Origin: Acidimicrobiales bacterium
Lineage (GTDB): Bacteria; Actinomycetota; Acidimicrobiia; Acidimicrobiales; SZUA-35
Assembly (NCBI GenBank): GCA_047638695.1
Contig: JBLINY010000014.1
Location: forward strand, 1,488 to 65,487
DNA length: 64,000 nucleotides
Direction: 5' to 3'
Both the position numbers and the translations under genes were made by a program. The notes beneath the pieces are model-generated. The model was given only the letters and a program-made list of their open reading frames with translations, made no database searches and was not told where the DNA came from. Within the stretch, counting starts at the first letter, position 1. Every line of letters starts with the position of its first letter. Shown in pieces: positions 63,564 through 64,000 of the stretch.

Positions 63564-64000
63564 TCGCGCGGGTGGTCAGCGTTGTGTTCGCGGATGGCCT
63601 TCAGAATGCCGCGGCCCGCCGCTTCCATCAGCTCGGTGTTGTCGTTCCGTAGGAACGTCTCCGACCGTTCGACCGGCACCAGTGATTGCTGAATCTTCGG
63701 CACCACATAGCGCTTGAACATGTCGTAGCTGCGCATCGTGGCCTCGTGGCTGGCCCAGTCGTGCATGAAACCGACCAGGGTGCCGAACCCGCCCGTCAGC
63801 TCGTTTAGCTTCTGGATCGACTCGGCCACGTCGTCGGGGCTGCCGATCATGGCGCCGCCTCGCGAGATCATCTTCTCAATGAATCCGTCGGCGTTCTCTG
63901 GGTCGACCCGCTCGCTCCCGGGGCGAGCCAGGGTGTCGACGTTGTACTCGTTGTGCCAGTGCAGCAAGCCATGGCGCACCTCGGCGATGGCCTGCTCACG
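63560..64000 (-). CDS. LLM-class flavin-dependent oxidoreductase, C-terminal part (5' end outside window)
   Basis: The frame is open to the window edge. ...GGAMIGSPDDVAESIQKLNELTGGFGTLVGFMHDWA...YVVPKIQ is a typical LLM C-terminus. Confidence 0.8.
   Translation of the reverse strand, partial: REQAIAEVRHGLLHWHNEYNVDTLARPGSERVDPENADGFIEKMISRGGAMIGSPDDVAESIQKLNELTGGFGTLVGFMHDWASHEATMRSYDMFKRYVVPKIQQSLVPVERSETFLRNDNTELMEAAGRGILKAIREHNADHPRD

Noticed and set aside
1-64000. Genome-wide reassignment of TGA as a sense codon, to explain the two in-frame TGAs
   Set aside because: Many well-supported genes here terminate at TGA, often in ATGA/GTGA coupling overlaps (for example 2810-2812, 3847-3849, 27345-27347, 33860-33862). 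TGA is therefore a normal stop in this organism.
1-64000. tRNA, rRNA, transposase, integrase or prophage genes
   Set aside because: I saw no cloverleaf-like conserved tRNA arms (GTTCGAATC-type T-loops in context), no rRNA-like stretches, and no DDE, tyrosine or serine recombinase motifs in any ORF. Without a tRNA or covariance-model scanner, small RNAs cannot be fully excluded.

Overview
This is a high-GC, gene-dense chromosomal segment. The gene content suggests Actinomycetota, possibly Acidimicrobiia-like: many luciferase-like (LLM) F420/flavin oxidoreductases, a DUF1800/DUF1501 pair, an HelZ-type SNF2 helicase, HrpA, and an ECF sigma/RskA pair. That taxonomic guess is inference only.

I can support about 57 protein-coding features. 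I could not recognise any rRNA, tRNA, CRISPR array, transposase or integrase. Most long ORFs in the six-frame track that overlap better-supported genes are Arg/Ser/Pro-rich antisense shadows typical of high-GC DNA.

Content in order:
- A SpoU methyltransferase 3' end.
- A HugZ-like ORF.
- An acyl-CoA ligase and an LLM oxidoreductase.
- A minus-strand operon resembling a 2,5-dihydroxypyridine ring-cleavage module: FAD/Fe-S oxidase, NicX-like dioxygenase, alpha/beta hydrolase, YciI, large FAD monooxygenase.
- trkA-trkH followed by an orphan OmpR-type response regulator.
- A frameshifted secreted protein coupled to a CxxS redoxin lipoprotein.
- An SNF2 helicase, a small basic protein and an orphan molybdopterin (CoxL-like) subunit, tightly packed.
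- A P450 module.
- Several beta-oxidation-type enzymes.
- YceI and DUF2889.
- DUF1800/DUF1501 with a DUF4214 tail.
- hrpA.
- An ECF sigma/anti-sigma pair beside decayed genes.
- Transporters.
- An isolated TadE / TadG-like / Flp-motif protein / XRE cassette.
- More LLM and amidohydrolase genes.

The most interesting items are:
1. The orphan Tad-like cassette (55837-59130). Its Flp-type class III signal motif sits on a 197-aa protein with a beta-rich C-terminal domain, and the last gene is an XRE regulator overlapping it by 4 nt.
2. An ORF (3846-4478) whose coding signal continues in frame through a TGA that sits in a C-x-x-TGA context.
3. Cupredoxin and Yx(FWY)xxD-lipoprotein domain relics joined in frame across a TGA, next to an intact ECF sigma pair.
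4. Several lesions (two homopolymer frameshifts, one internal deletion) that are either true gene decay or assembly errors.
5. Unusual tandem repeats: 13 bp x6.5 intergenic, 18 bp x3 and 12 bp x4 in frame, and (ACC)8.

All family assignments come from reading motifs by eye. No searches were run.
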